DNA of 64,000 nucleotides from Bacteroidales bacterium. GTDB taxonomy: Bacteria; Bacteroidota; Bacteroidia; Bacteroidales; VadinHA17. Where the stretch lies: the NCBI GenBank assembly GCA_021738535.1, contig JAIPBU010000001.1, positions 70,220 through 134,219 on the forward strand, given 5' to 3'. The stretch's first letter is position 1; the number at the start of each line of letters is the position of its first letter. The notes beneath the pieces were generated by a model. The model ran no database searches and was not told where the DNA came from. It saw only the letters and a list, made by a program, of their open reading frames with translations. This document shows, piece by piece, positions 1-9,865 of this stretch. The position numbers were made by a program, and so were the translations under genes.

Positions 1-634
1 CGAAGATGTATTCCGAGAAACGCCCCTCGCCTTCTATTGAATAAGCATCATAGAGGTTGGCCACCAATAATATTTCTTTTACCTTGAAAGGCATCAGGTC
101 ATGGAAAATATCTCTTTCTGCATTGTGCCTTTCGAGAAATCTCTGCAGGAGTTGCCTGGATGATGTTCCGGGTTTTACTTCTTCGTCGGACGATGGTTTA
201 TCAGGGATATCCATCATTTCCCGTGCCACGGCACTGTTAATAAACCCCACAATCATTCCTGCAAGGTTTTCTATCAGTTCCTTTTCTTCGAAGAGGAAAG
301 GGCCGATATCAGATTTTTGAAATTTCTGTGTATAGAACACTTCAATTGAGCCCGGGATATTATTGATGGTTTTAAAGTTTTGCCTGAGCACCCATTCTGT
401 TTCTTCAAAATCAGATGTCATAAAGACCTTTTGCCTGTATGTTATCCTTGCCACCGTGAATTCAGGATATTGCCATGCAGGTGGCAGACAATGCACAACG
501 CTCTGCAGGGTTTCATCAATTGACTTTCCTTCTTTCAGAATAGCATTTGTCCGGTTAATGCAAGCCAGTTCCTTTAACCGTTCCTTCTGGTCATGCAGCA
601 GCTGCTTAAAGCCATTGTCCTGATTCTTGTCCAT
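1..634 (-). CDS. Sensor/regulatory protein of unknown function, N-terminal 211 codons (3' end lies beyond the window start)
   Basis: I translated the minus strand by hand from the ATG at 634-632 to the window edge and found no stop. The ORF track omits it because it runs off the window. It starts MDKNQDNGFKQLLHDQKERLKELACINRTNAIL. It ends DLMPFKVKEILLVANLYDAYSIEGEGRFSEYIF, which looks like the beginning of a receiver-like domain. The + strand ORFs 57..320 and 363..623 are antisense artefacts of this gene. Confidence 0.7.
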   Translation of the reverse strand, partial: MDKNQDNGFKQLLHDQKERLKELACINRTNAILKEGKSIDETLQSVVHCLPPAWQYPEFTVARITYRQKVFMTSDFEETEWVLRQNFKTINNIPGSIEVFYTQKFQKSDIGPFLFEEKELIENLAGMIVGFINSAVAREMMDIPDKPSSDEEVKPGTSSRQLLQRFLERHNAERDIFHDLMPFKVKEILLVANLYDAYSIEGEGRFSEYIF

Positions 635-681
635 ACACCTGTTAATATTTTGAATTATTTAAAGATACCTCTTTAAAGAAT

Positions 682-713
682 AAAAAAAAAGGTGCTCGCA
701 GAGAACACCTTTT
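682..713 (-). terminator. Intrinsic terminator downstream of korB
   Basis: Stem ggtgctc (691-697) pairs with gaacacc (703-709), 6 of 7 bp, with a 5-nt loop. A run of 9 T follows on the minus strand (A9 at 682-690) and TTTT follows on the plus strand. Confidence 0.7.
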
Positions 714-734
714 ACAATATTTATAAAAAATCTA

Positions 735-1751
735 CTATTGGGATTCCCATGTGGATCCTGTTCTGATAAGGTCATCCACATTCTTAATTTTTGTTTCTTT
801 TTTGACTTTTGTAATCTGACCGTTTAAAGCCATGTCATAAGTTGGTGCTGCAACAGACCTGATAACACCTAATGCAACAGGAAAGCCGGGATTTTTCATG
901 TTTGCCAGCATCAGGTGCACACCGGGGTTATTCTCCTGGGCATCATGAACAAGGATATCTTTCTCGCTAATACCATTACCCAGCTTAACAACTTTAAGCT
1001 TGAGGCCGTCAAGCACCAGGCCTTTATCGTTATCCTTGCCAAAAATCATTGGTTCTCCCTGCCTGAGAACGATAGTATAGTCATCACGGGTTTCACGGTC
1101 ACTCAGCAGTTTATGCACACCATCATTAAAAATAACACAGTTCTGCAATGTTTCCACCACGGATGTCCCTTCGTGCAGAGCGGCCATTTTGTAAATTTCA
1201 GTTGACAATTTAACATTGGTATCGATTGTACGTGCAAAGAATTTACCTTTCGCACCAATAACAAGTTCACCCGGGTTAAACGGTTCTTCAACCGTACCAA
1301 AGGGAGATGTTTTAGTTACAGCCCCCTTTTGTGATGTGGGTGAATACTGGCCTTTGGTAAGTCCATATATCTCATTATTGAACAATATGATATTAATATC
1401 GATATTTCGCCTTATAGCATGGATAAAATGATTACCACCAATAGCCATTGAATCGCCATCACCGGTAATCTGCCAGACACTCAGGTCAGGATTTGCAACT
1501 TTAACGCCTGAGGCAATTGCAGATGCACGTCCGTGTATACTGTGAAACCCGAAAGTATCAAGATAATAAGGGAACCTTGAAGAACAACCTATGCCCGAGA
1601 TAAAGGCAAATTGCTCTTTCGGTATTTTTAATTCGGCAAGAGCCCGGGTAACTGCACTTAGTACAGCATGATCACCACAACCCGGGCACCATCTTACCTC
1701 CTGGTCACTTTTAAAATCTTTTGGACTGTATTCAACTGTTTCTTGATTCAT
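735..1751 (-). CDS. korB: 2-oxoglutarate/2-oxoacid:ferredoxin oxidoreductase, beta (TPP-binding) subunit
   Basis: 338 aa. It has the N-terminal CPGCGDH motif, GIGCSSR and the GDGD...GGNH TPP-binding region. It lies 3 nt downstream of the alpha subunit gene. Confidence 0.9.
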   Translation of the reverse strand: MNQETVEYSPKDFKSDQEVRWCPGCGDHAVLSAVTRALAELKIPKEQFAFISGIGCSSRFPYYLDTFGFHSIHGRASAIASGVKVANPDLSVWQITGDGDSMAIGGNHFIHAIRRNIDINIILFNNEIYGLTKGQYSPTSQKGAVTKTSPFGTVEEPFNPGELVIGAKGKFFARTIDTNVKLSTEIYKMAALHEGTSVVETLQNCVIFNDGVHKLLSDRETRDDYTIVLRQGEPMIFGKDNDKGLVLDGLKLKVVKLGNGISEKDILVHDAQENNPGVHLMLANMKNPGFPVALGVIRSVAAPTYDMALNGQITKVKKETKIKNVDDLIRTGSTWESQ

Positions 1752-1754
1752 ATT

Positions 1755-3596
1755 TTATTCCTCCAGTATCTTAATACATTCATCTTCAATGTCAGCACAT
1801 GTAAAGGGCAGGCCCTGGATCTTATTAATCTGGTAAAACTTAAAATCTTCGAATTCCATTCTCAGGTATTTAACGAACTGGCCTGCGTTCAGTTCTGCAA
1901 CAACAATCTTTTTAAAAGATGATAATATCTTCCCGGTATTTGCAGGCAGGGGATTAATGTAATTAAAATGTGCAAGACTGACTTTTTTACCTTTATCCCG
2001 CAATTCCCTGACAGCTGTGAGCAGGTGACCATAGGTTCCTCCCCATCCTATCAGGAGCAGATCACCCTCTTCATCGCCATAGATTTTCTGGTCGGGCACT
2101 TTGGATACTACCCTTGCCACTTTTTCAGCACGCATATTAACCATATTCTCATGGTTTTCGGGAATATAGGACACTGTTCCTTTAACTGTTTTTTCAAGTC
2201 CGCCTATCCTGTGCTCACGTCCTTTAACGCCTGGCACTGCCCATTTCCTGGCTAGTGTTTTCTCATCCCTTTCATAAGGGATGAACTCGTCTTCACCTTC
2301 CTTTACCAGGGGTGCTTTTATAGCGGGTAAATCTTTAACTGAAGGGATTTTCCATGGTTCTGAGCCATTGGCAAGGAAACCGTCGGTAAGCAGAATAACA
2401 GGCACCATGTGCTCAAGAGCTATCCTGGCAGCCTGGAATGCATAATCAAAACAATCGGATGGTGTACTGGCAGCAATAACAACCATAGGGCTTTCACCGT
2501 TTCTTCCGTAAAGTGCCTGCAAGAGGTCAGACTGTTCAGTTTTTGTGGGCAGTCCTGTAGAGGGGCCCCCACGCTGTACATTAACTATTACAAGAGGCAG
2601 TTCAGTCATTACTGCAAGGCCGGCAGCTTCTGACTTTAGAGCCAGCCCGGGGCCTGATGTTGTTGTAACCGCAAGATCACCGGCGAAACTGGCACCAATT
2701 GCCGTACATATACCGGCTATCTCATCTTCCGCCTGGAAACTCTTTACTCCCAGGTTCTTCCTGGCTGCCAGTGATTCAAGTATGCCCGAGGCAGGTGTTA
2801 TGGGATATGAGCCTATGAACAGGTCAAGTCCTGATTTTTCTGCTGCCGCAAGAAGTCCCCATGAAGTGGCAGTATTACCATCAATTGTACGGTATAACCC
2901 CTTCTCTATGCTTGCAGGACTAACCTTGTAAACAGGGCTCATTGCATCTATTGTCTCAGCATAGTTAAAGCCTGCATGCAATACAGCCGAATTAGCTTCA
3001 ATTATTTTTGGCCTCTTACTGAATTTTCCCTTGAAATAGTCATCAGTGTATTCAAGGTCGCGGCCGAATAACCAGTATACCATACCCAGGGCAAACATAT
3101 TCTTGGTTCGCATTACTGTTTTCGGATCCAGACCATGATCTTTCAGTGTCTCTTTAACAAGGGTACTGATTGGGGCAGAAATAATATTAAAATCGTCCAG
3201 CTTATCTTCCTTGACAGGATCACTTTCGTATCCTGCCTTCTTGATGTTTTTCTCGGTAAAATTATCTTCATCTATAATTATTGTACCGCCCTTGCGAACA
3301 AACTTTGAATTTGCTTTGACAGCAGCAGGGTTCATTGCTACAAGGATATCTGCATAATCACCAGGGGTATTAATTTCCGAATGTCCCACATGCACCTGAA
3401 AACCTGATACTCCCCCTACTGTACCCTGGGGAGCGCGAATCTCTGCAGGGTAATCGGGGAAAGTTGACAGATCATTGCCAAAAAGGGCTGAAGTGTTGGA
3501 AAATAATGTTCCGGTAAGCTGCATTCCATCACCTGAATCTCCGGAAAAGCGTATTACTACCTCTTCCCGTTCGATGACACGCTCACTCTTACTCAT
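1755..3596 (-). CDS. korA: 2-oxoglutarate/2-oxoacid:ferredoxin oxidoreductase, alpha subunit (fused gamma-alpha type)
   Basis: 613 aa. An N-terminal gamma-like domain (GDSGDGMQLTG) is followed by the pyruvate-flavodoxin oxidoreductase core (YPITPAS, TTTSGPGLALK). Confidence 0.9.
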   Translation of the reverse strand: MSKSERVIEREEVVIRFSGDSGDGMQLTGTLFSNTSALFGNDLSTFPDYPAEIRAPQGTVGGVSGFQVHVGHSEINTPGDYADILVAMNPAAVKANSKFVRKGGTIIIDEDNFTEKNIKKAGYESDPVKEDKLDDFNIISAPISTLVKETLKDHGLDPKTVMRTKNMFALGMVYWLFGRDLEYTDDYFKGKFSKRPKIIEANSAVLHAGFNYAETIDAMSPVYKVSPASIEKGLYRTIDGNTATSWGLLAAAEKSGLDLFIGSYPITPASGILESLAARKNLGVKSFQAEDEIAGICTAIGASFAGDLAVTTTSGPGLALKSEAAGLAVMTELPLVIVNVQRGGPSTGLPTKTEQSDLLQALYGRNGESPMVVIAASTPSDCFDYAFQAARIALEHMVPVILLTDGFLANGSEPWKIPSVKDLPAIKAPLVKEGEDEFIPYERDEKTLARKWAVPGVKGREHRIGGLEKTVKGTVSYIPENHENMVNMRAEKVARVVSKVPDQKIYGDEEGDLLLIGWGGTYGHLLTAVRELRDKGKKVSLAHFNYINPLPANTGKILSSFKKIVVAELNAGQFVKYLRMEFEDFKFYQINKIQGLPFTCADIEDECIKILEE

Positions 3597-4094
3597 AATT
3601 TTTTATTAATAATTCAATTTAAAGATCAGTATATAATGTAATCCTAAAAATAAATGCATACGAAAGCCATTGATTTTCATATGCATCTGAACTTAAAAGT
3701 ATGCTCTCCAATAATTTCTTCGATATTAAAATAGATTGCCGTTTCTACTATGCAAAATTAAGTAAATTCCTTTGTGAATATCTAAGAAAATATCATTTTT
3801 TTGAACATGATTTTGGTCATGTTTTTTATTATGAACAAATTTACTATTAATAAAACAATAAAAACAGGAAAAGCTGGTATTTATTGATGGATTAATGGAT
3901 TGATGGAACCGAGCCCCGAGGCTTCGGGGGCGAGCTCGCGAGCATCAAATCACAAGCAGGAAGTGGGAAGGAAAGAAGAATTAAGATTAACGATTTATGA
4001 ATTATGAATGGAATAATGGAACCGGGTAGGTCGTACCAGTTACCAAATACACCAATACACGAATTAACAAATTAACGAATCAACAAAAATTCAA

Positions 4095-4610
4095 ATGGCA
4101 ATAATAAAAGCTGTAAGAGGAAAAGAGCCGGTGCTTGGAAGTAATTGCTACCTCTGTGACAATGTAGTAATTACAGGGGATGTGATTATGGGTGATAACT
4201 GCTCGGTTTGGTATAATGCTGTTATCAGGGGTGATGTTAATTACATTCGTATAGGAAACGATGTTAACATACAGGACGGTGCCGTGCTGCATTGTAACTA
4301 CAAGGATAGTGTGACAATCCTTGGCGACAGGGTGTCGGTAGGACATAATGCAATAATACACGGAGCAGAACTGGAGCATGATATAATCGTTGGCATGGGT
4401 GCAATAATAATGGATCATGCTCATGTAGGACATTCAAGCATTATTGCAGCAGGCTCGGTAGTCACTAAACACACAGTAATTGAGCCCGGCTCAGTATACG
4501 GTGGAACTCCTGCAAAGCTTATAAAGAAGTATGATCCCGAAGAACTGAACAGGATGACAAGGAGAAGTGCTGAGCATTATATAATGTATACTGGGTGGTA
4601 CAGGGAATGA
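4095..4610 (+). CDS. Gamma-carbonic-anhydrase-like / hexapeptide-repeat (LbH) protein
   Basis: 171 aa with left-handed beta-helix hexapeptide repeats (ITGDVIMGDNCSVWYNAVIRGDVNYIRIGNDVNIQDGAVLH). It resembles the YrdA/PaaY family. Confidence 0.85.
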   Translation: MAIIKAVRGKEPVLGSNCYLCDNVVITGDVIMGDNCSVWYNAVIRGDVNYIRIGNDVNIQDGAVLHCNYKDSVTILGDRVSVGHNAIIHGAELEHDIIVGMGAIIMDHAHVGHSSIIAAGSVVTKHTVIEPGSVYGGTPAKLIKKYDPEELNRMTRRSAEHYIMYTGWYRE

Positions 4611-4649
4611 TCGTATGGATTGTTGGATTTCCAGTATTCCAGTATTCCA

Positions 4650-5468
4650 TCAATCACTCCATATGTCGGCAATGCTGAAGCTGATATCCTTTCCTTCGAA
4701 GAACATCTTTGCAATCTTTTCAAAATAAGGGGTATAGTCTGAAACGAAAAACCTGTCAGCTGACGTTTGTTTTTCCTCATTGAGAAGTCCGTTTTCCATT
4801 AGCTTATCACGCAGGTGAAGAGCTACTATGCGGGCAGAATCAACCACTTCTATATCAAAGTTATAGAATTTACTTATCTGGTTTCTAATAAGGGGATAGT
4901 GTGTACACCCCAGTACAAGCGATTCAATTCCGGAAAGTTTCTTATCTGACAGGTAAGTACGGATAATTGCATTTGATATATCATCAAAAATAAACCCTTC
5001 CTCTATCATGGGAACGAGCAGCGGGGTAGGCATTGAGACAACTTCGGTGTCCGGTGCTTTCTTTTTGAAACCGGCCTCGTACGAGCCACTGGTAATAGTT
5101 CGTTTGGTGCCGATTACTCCCACCCTTGAATAATTTTTAGCTGCAATATGATCAATAACCGGCTCAATTACATCAAGGAGAAGTAATTTTTCACCATACT
5201 CTTTCTTAAGTGTTGAGTAGGCTGAAGCTGAGGCTGAGTTACATGCAATCAGAACCATCTTGGCCCCGTGATCAAGCAGGTAGGATGTTATCCTGCGGCT
5301 ATAGTTAATTATTGCCCCTTCAGATTTATCACCGTAGGGAAGATGCGCTGTATCACCGAAATATACAAGTGATTCTGAGGGAAGCAACTGTTTAATTGCA
5401 TGTGCCACCGTAAGGCCACCCAGGCCCGAATCAAAAACACCTACAGGTTTGTTAGCGTTACTGCTCAT
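4650..5468 (-). CDS. murI: Glutamate racemase
   Basis: 272 aa. It has VFDSGLGGLTV and both catalytic Cys motifs (ACNSAS and GCTHYP). Confidence 0.95.
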   Translation of the reverse strand: MSSNANKPVGVFDSGLGGLTVAHAIKQLLPSESLVYFGDTAHLPYGDKSEGAIINYSRRITSYLLDHGAKMVLIACNSASASAYSTLKKEYGEKLLLLDVIEPVIDHIAAKNYSRVGVIGTKRTITSGSYEAGFKKKAPDTEVVSMPTPLLVPMIEEGFIFDDISNAIIRTYLSDKKLSGIESLVLGCTHYPLIRNQISKFYNFDIEVVDSARIVALHLRDKLMENGLLNEEKQTSADRFFVSDYTPYFEKIAKMFFEGKDISFSIADIWSD

Positions 5469-5471
5469 AAT

Positions 5472-5505
5472 AAAAAAGTGACCATCCCATTATAGAGATG
5501 GTCAC
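5472..5505 (-). terminator. Intrinsic terminator downstream of the skp pair
   Basis: A perfect 9-bp stem, gtgaccatc (5478-5486) with gatggtcac (5497-5505), is followed by T6 on the minus strand. Confidence 0.75.
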
Positions 5506-5523
5506 AATAATATATGGTAAAGT

Positions 5524-6042
5524 TTATTGTATTCCCAGTTTAGCCTTTACCTTATCCATTATATCCTCACTTTTTTCTTCATCAAAGAAAATAATGGGAC
5601 CCCTTGAGAGGTCGAAGATATAAGTAAAGCCACCTTCCCTTGCAACATTTTTTATCGCTTTTTCAGCCCTTTCAATTACAGGCTGCATAAGCTCCATCTG
5701 CTGCTGTTGAAGTTGCTTGTCGGCATTCTGCTGAAAATTATTTATCCTTTGCTGAAGGCTCATCAGTTCTTCCTCCTTGGTCTGGCGAACTATCTCAGAA
5801 AGGGTCTCTGCCTGTTCTGTATAATCATTTAGCTTATTATTATACTCAACCTGCATAATTTCCATTGTGTTTTGAAGTTCTGTACGCAGGTCTTCCATCT
5901 GGGAGATAATAGTATCCCTCTCAGGCATGGCTGCAAACAGTTCATCAGAATTGATATGACCGAACTTATAGTCCTGTGCTGTTGCATTCTGAGTGAAGGA
6001 TAGAATAGCTGCAAATGCCAGTAAACCAATTAGTCTTTTCAT
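5524..6042 (-). CDS. OmpH/Skp-family periplasmic chaperone
   Basis: 172 aa with a signal peptide and a coiled-coil, Q/E-rich OmpH-like sequence. It sits downstream of bamA. Confidence 0.85.
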   Translation of the reverse strand: MKRLIGLLAFAAILSFTQNATAQDYKFGHINSDELFAAMPERDTIISQMEDLRTELQNTMEIMQVEYNNKLNDYTEQAETLSEIVRQTKEEELMSLQQRINNFQQNADKQLQQQQMELMQPVIERAEKAIKNVAREGGFTYIFDLSRGPIIFFDEEKSEDIMDKVKAKLGIQ

Positions 6043-6081
6043 TGTTCTTTTTTTAAATATTATCGATGCAAATGTAATTAA

Positions 6082-6597
6082 TTAATTCGTATAACCTAAC
6101 TTTTCGAGTACCTCGTCGCTTACGTCATATTTTGGATCGGTATAAAGCATATTCATCCCTGATGAGGTATCAAAAATTACTGCATAGTTTCCTTCTGCCG
6201 CAAGTTCTTTCACTGCATTGTAAATCTCATCCTGGATGGGTTGAACAAGTTCCTGCCTTTTCTTATAAAGTTCTCCTTCCACCCCGAAATACTTACTCTG
6301 CATTTCTTTGGCTTCTTTTTCCTTTTCAATGATTTCCTCTTCACGCTTCATCTTAGCATCACGTGAAAGAAGAACCACCTCGTTCTGGTATTTCTTATAC
6401 ATCTCCTCCACCATTGCATAGGCGTCAGATATCTCCTTTTCCCATGTCTTTGACAGTTCATCAAGTTTTTCCTGTGCTGCTGTATAAGATGGGATATTAT
6501 TAAGAATATACTCGGTGTCAACGAATGCATATTTCTGTGCCGAAGCTGAGGCGGCAAAAAATATGACAGCTGTAAAAAGTAAAGTTATTTTCTTCAT
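6082..6597 (-). CDS. OmpH/Skp-family periplasmic chaperone
   Basis: 171 aa with a signal peptide (AASASAQ). It is the second OmpH paralogue, directly after bamA, as is typical in Bacteroidota. Confidence 0.85.
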   Translation of the reverse strand: MKKITLLFTAVIFFAASASAQKYAFVDTEYILNNIPSYTAAQEKLDELSKTWEKEISDAYAMVEEMYKKYQNEVVLLSRDAKMKREEEIIEKEKEAKEMQSKYFGVEGELYKKRQELVQPIQDEIYNAVKELAAEGNYAVIFDTSSGMNMLYTDPKYDVSDEVLEKLGYTN

Positions 6598-6618
6598 GAT
6601 AATAAAATTTTAAGTTAT

Positions 6619-9111
6619 CTAAAACTGTTGTCCCATAACAAAATGGAACTGGTGACCATGTACATCTCTTCCTGGTACAGGGTCAAATCCGTATGCCCAG
6701 TCGATTCCCAGCAGGCCAAACATTGGAAGGTTTGCGCGCAGACCCACTCCTGCTGACCTGTGCATATCGAAGGGATTAAATTCTTTAAGTTCATACCATG
6801 CATTTCCTGCTTCGAGGAATACAAGTCCGTATATTGTTGCCTGTGGGTTAAGAGAAAGCGGGTACCTCATTTCAAAAGTAAGCTTTGTATAAACATTACC
6901 GGACGGTACGGTTGAGCCATTGCTGCTAACATATGGTGTTAGAGATCCGTTCTCATATCCTCTGAGGGCAATAACATCACGGCCTACAAAGCTGTACCCT
7001 GTCATTCCATCGCCTCCCACGTAAAAATTCTCAAACGGAGATGGTCCTATTGAGCTGTTGTAATGGCCCAGGTAACCAAAAGCAAACCTGGGAGCCAGGA
7101 CAAATTTCTCAAAAAGCTCATAGTAATACTCTCCTTTAAATATCCATTTGTGGAATTCTATCCATTTGTACTTTTCCTGATCAGTTGCATTGGTAAAATC
7201 CTTTCCTGAAATAATTGAGTAAGGAGGAGTAAGCTGCAATGAGAGGTTAAATGTCGAGCCCCTCCTGGGGTAAATAAGGTTTGGCCCGCTCGAGAAACGT
7301 GTAAGCCTGGTGGTTAGGGAAAACAAGTTAGAAACCCCGTTCCGGAATAAAAAGTTGAACTGGTTATAATTGTTCATATTAAACCTCTGGTAGCTGAGTT
7401 CAGCATAGAGACTGAAGAAGTCGTCAGGCCACTCAAGTCTTTTACCCAGCCCTATAGTTGCTCCGTCCATGATCATTGACTGTCTGCTTTCTGCTCCTCT
7501 CTTTTCCCCGTTGGTCATTAAAGACCTGTAGGCAGAAACAGAAAGTGTGTTGGGATTCTTTCCACCAAGCCATGGCTCAACAAAAGAAATATTATATGAC
7601 TGGTAAACCCTCCCGTTAGACTGTGCCCGGATACTTAGCGACTGACCATCGCCGCTTGGGTATGGTCTCCAGTGCTCTGGTTTAAAGAAATTCTTTACAG
7701 CAAAATTATTAAAACGTACACCAACTGTTCCCACGAGCATTCCTGCGCCCCATCCTCCTGATATTTCGAACTGGTCGTTTGCTCGTTCTTCAAGCGCATA
7801 CTCAAGGTCAACAGTTCCTTCGCCCGGATTCATCAGGGGCATTGGGTTGATTTTCTCCGGGTCAAAATGACCAAGCACACCAATCTGCCGTGCCGAGCGT
7901 ATGATAGCATCCTTACTGAAGAGGTCTCCAGGGAGAGTTTTCAGCTCCCTCCTTACCACGTGCTCATTGGTTCGCGTATTTCCTTTAATAATAACTTTAT
8001 TGAGCCTGGCCTGTTCGCCTTCCTGTATACGTACCTCAACATCAATTGAATCGTTTGATATATCAGTTTCAACCGGTACAAGGCTTGAAAAGAGATACCC
8101 ATTATTAAGGTAAAGTGATGACACAGCATCTTCATCAATATTGAGCCTGTCATTCAGCAGGGTCTGATCATATACATCACCCCTGTTTATATTTAGCACT
8201 GACCCGAGGAATTCCCTGGGATAAATACTGTTACCCACCCAGTTAATATCTCCGAAATAGTACTGGTCGCCTTCATCAACCATTATTGCAAGGACAACCC
8301 TGTCTTCCGATTCTACCAGAACAGTGTCATTAACAACCCTGAAGTCACGGTAGCCATTTTCATTATAGAATGAAACAAGGCTTTCTTTGTCTTCTTCAAA
8401 CTGGTCACCAACATATTTTGAAGCTTTGAAAATATTCAGGTTCTTCTTTTTTGTATTCTTCATCACCCTCCTCAGCCTTCGATCGCTGAAAGCTTCATTT
8501 CCTTCAAAAACGATATCACTGATCTTCACCCTCTCATTTTTATCCACATGAATATTCAGCCTTATGTTGTTGGGACTTGAGGGATCAGCTTTCTGAACGA
8601 TCCTTGTTTTTACGTTAAGAAAGCCCTTTTCGACAAAGTGGTCCCTGATAATTGCTTTTGTATTGGACAGGATATGATCTGTTACCTGGCTGCCTCCCAT
8701 CAGGTTAACTTTCTCGGAAATATCTTCAATTTCACTTTTCTTTATACCGAAAAATTCCACTGATGAGATCCTTGATCGCTCACCCAGGTATATATCCAGG
8801 AATATTGTATCTGACCGGATCTCCGTAGCACGTATTTTCACATCGGAGAACAATCCCTGGGCCCACAACTTACGTACTGCATTGGTAATGGCATCACCGG
8901 GAACAAGTATACGGGAATATTTCCTTATCCCTGATAATCCAATGATAGCGTTTATATCAAGGTACTTAACTCCGGAAACAGTAATATCACCCACAACATA
9001 TTCCAGGGGATCATCGTAATCCATTATTTTAATATCCTCCTGGGCTGATATGTCAGTCTGACTGAGAAAAGCAAAACCAGATATCAGTAATATCAAATAT
9101 TTCTTAAACAT
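6619..9111 (-). CDS. bamA: Outer membrane protein assembly factor BamA
   Basis: POTRA repeats plus an Omp85 barrel ending in ...VMGQQF. I moved the start to the ATG at 9111 (MFKKYLILLISGFAFLSQTDISAQ, a signal peptide). That start lies 1 nt past the uppS stop. The longer ORF to 9246 overlaps uppS. Confidence 0.9.
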   Translation of the reverse strand: MFKKYLILLISGFAFLSQTDISAQEDIKIMDYDDPLEYVVGDITVSGVKYLDINAIIGLSGIRKYSRILVPGDAITNAVRKLWAQGLFSDVKIRATEIRSDTIFLDIYLGERSRISSVEFFGIKKSEIEDISEKVNLMGGSQVTDHILSNTKAIIRDHFVEKGFLNVKTRIVQKADPSSPNNIRLNIHVDKNERVKISDIVFEGNEAFSDRRLRRVMKNTKKKNLNIFKASKYVGDQFEEDKESLVSFYNENGYRDFRVVNDTVLVESEDRVVLAIMVDEGDQYYFGDINWVGNSIYPREFLGSVLNINRGDVYDQTLLNDRLNIDEDAVSSLYLNNGYLFSSLVPVETDISNDSIDVEVRIQEGEQARLNKVIIKGNTRTNEHVVRRELKTLPGDLFSKDAIIRSARQIGVLGHFDPEKINPMPLMNPGEGTVDLEYALEERANDQFEISGGWGAGMLVGTVGVRFNNFAVKNFFKPEHWRPYPSGDGQSLSIRAQSNGRVYQSYNISFVEPWLGGKNPNTLSVSAYRSLMTNGEKRGAESRQSMIMDGATIGLGKRLEWPDDFFSLYAELSYQRFNMNNYNQFNFLFRNGVSNLFSLTTRLTRFSSGPNLIYPRRGSTFNLSLQLTPPYSIISGKDFTNATDQEKYKWIEFHKWIFKGEYYYELFEKFVLAPRFAFGYLGHYNSSIGPSPFENFYVGGDGMTGYSFVGRDVIALRGYENGSLTPYVSSNGSTVPSGNVYTKLTFEMRYPLSLNPQATIYGLVFLEAGNAWYELKEFNPFDMHRSAGVGLRANLPMFGLLGIDWAYGFDPVPGRDVHGHQFHFVMGQQF

Positions 9112-9112
9112 A

Positions 9113-9865
9113 TTAATTCTCATTTTCATGCACCTGTTCGCTTGTTTTTCCAAATCGTCTTTCTCTTTTCTGATATTCAACCAGGGCCTTGTATAATTCT
9201 TCTTTACCAAAATCAGGCCAAAGTGTTTCAGTAAAATATAATTCACAATAAGCTATCTGCCACAAAAGAAAATTACTTATCCTTACTTCCCCGCTGGTCC
9301 TGATAAGCAACTCCGGATCAGGTATGCCTTTTGTGGTTAGAAAATTTTCAAATATTTTATCATCAATATTTGCAGGGTCAATCTTTCCCTCTTTTATTTT
9401 ATATGATATATCCCTGACGGCTTTTATCATTTCCCATCTTGAGCTGTAGCTGAGCGCAACAACAAGGGTCATGCCCGTGCATTTTCCTGTTTTTTCAAGG
9501 GTATCATCAAGGCTTCTGCGTACGTTATCCGAGAGGCGGTCAATATCACCTATTACTTTAAGGGTAATATTATTATCAACTAATTTTTTTGTTTCATTAT
9601 TAAGCGAATTGACCATCAATTCCATTAATGCCTCAACCTCCTCCCATGGTCTGTTCCAGTTTTCTGTTGAGAAGGCATACAGGGTCATATATTCAATTTT
9701 CAGTTCTGCAGCAGCCTCAATAATTTCCCTTACTGAATCCACTCCCTTCTTATGGCCATAAATCCTGTCTTCTCCCCGTTGCACAGCCCATCTTCCGTTA
9801 CCATCCATAATAATGGCAACATGCTTTGGCAGGCGGTCAGATGTTATTTTATTCTTAAGAGACAT
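9113..9865 (-). CDS. uppS: Isoprenyl transferase (undecaprenyl diphosphate synthase)
   Basis: 250 aa with HVAIIMDGNGRWA and RTSGEVRISNFLLWQ motifs. Confidence 0.95.
   Translation of the reverse strand: MSLKNKITSDRLPKHVAIIMDGNGRWAVQRGEDRIYGHKKGVDSVREIIEAAAELKIEYMTLYAFSTENWNRPWEEVEALMELMVNSLNNETKKLVDNNITLKVIGDIDRLSDNVRRSLDDTLEKTGKCTGMTLVVALSYSSRWEMIKAVRDISYKIKEGKIDPANIDDKIFENFLTTKGIPDPELLIRTSGEVRISNFLLWQIAYCELYFTETLWPDFGKEELYKALVEYQKRERRFGKTSEQVHENEN

Noticed and set aside
2545-2931. 128-aa plus-strand ORF inside korA, and similar ORFs at 1968-2633
   Set aside because: They are antisense to the well-supported korA gene.
4080-4433. 117-aa minus-strand ORF
   Set aside because: It is antisense to the hexapeptide-repeat gene, whose repeat periodicity keeps the opposite frame open.
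9112-9246. 45-codon N-terminal extension of the bamA ORF
   Set aside because: It overlaps the uppS coding sequence. The signal peptide begins at the ATG at 9111, directly after the uppS stop.
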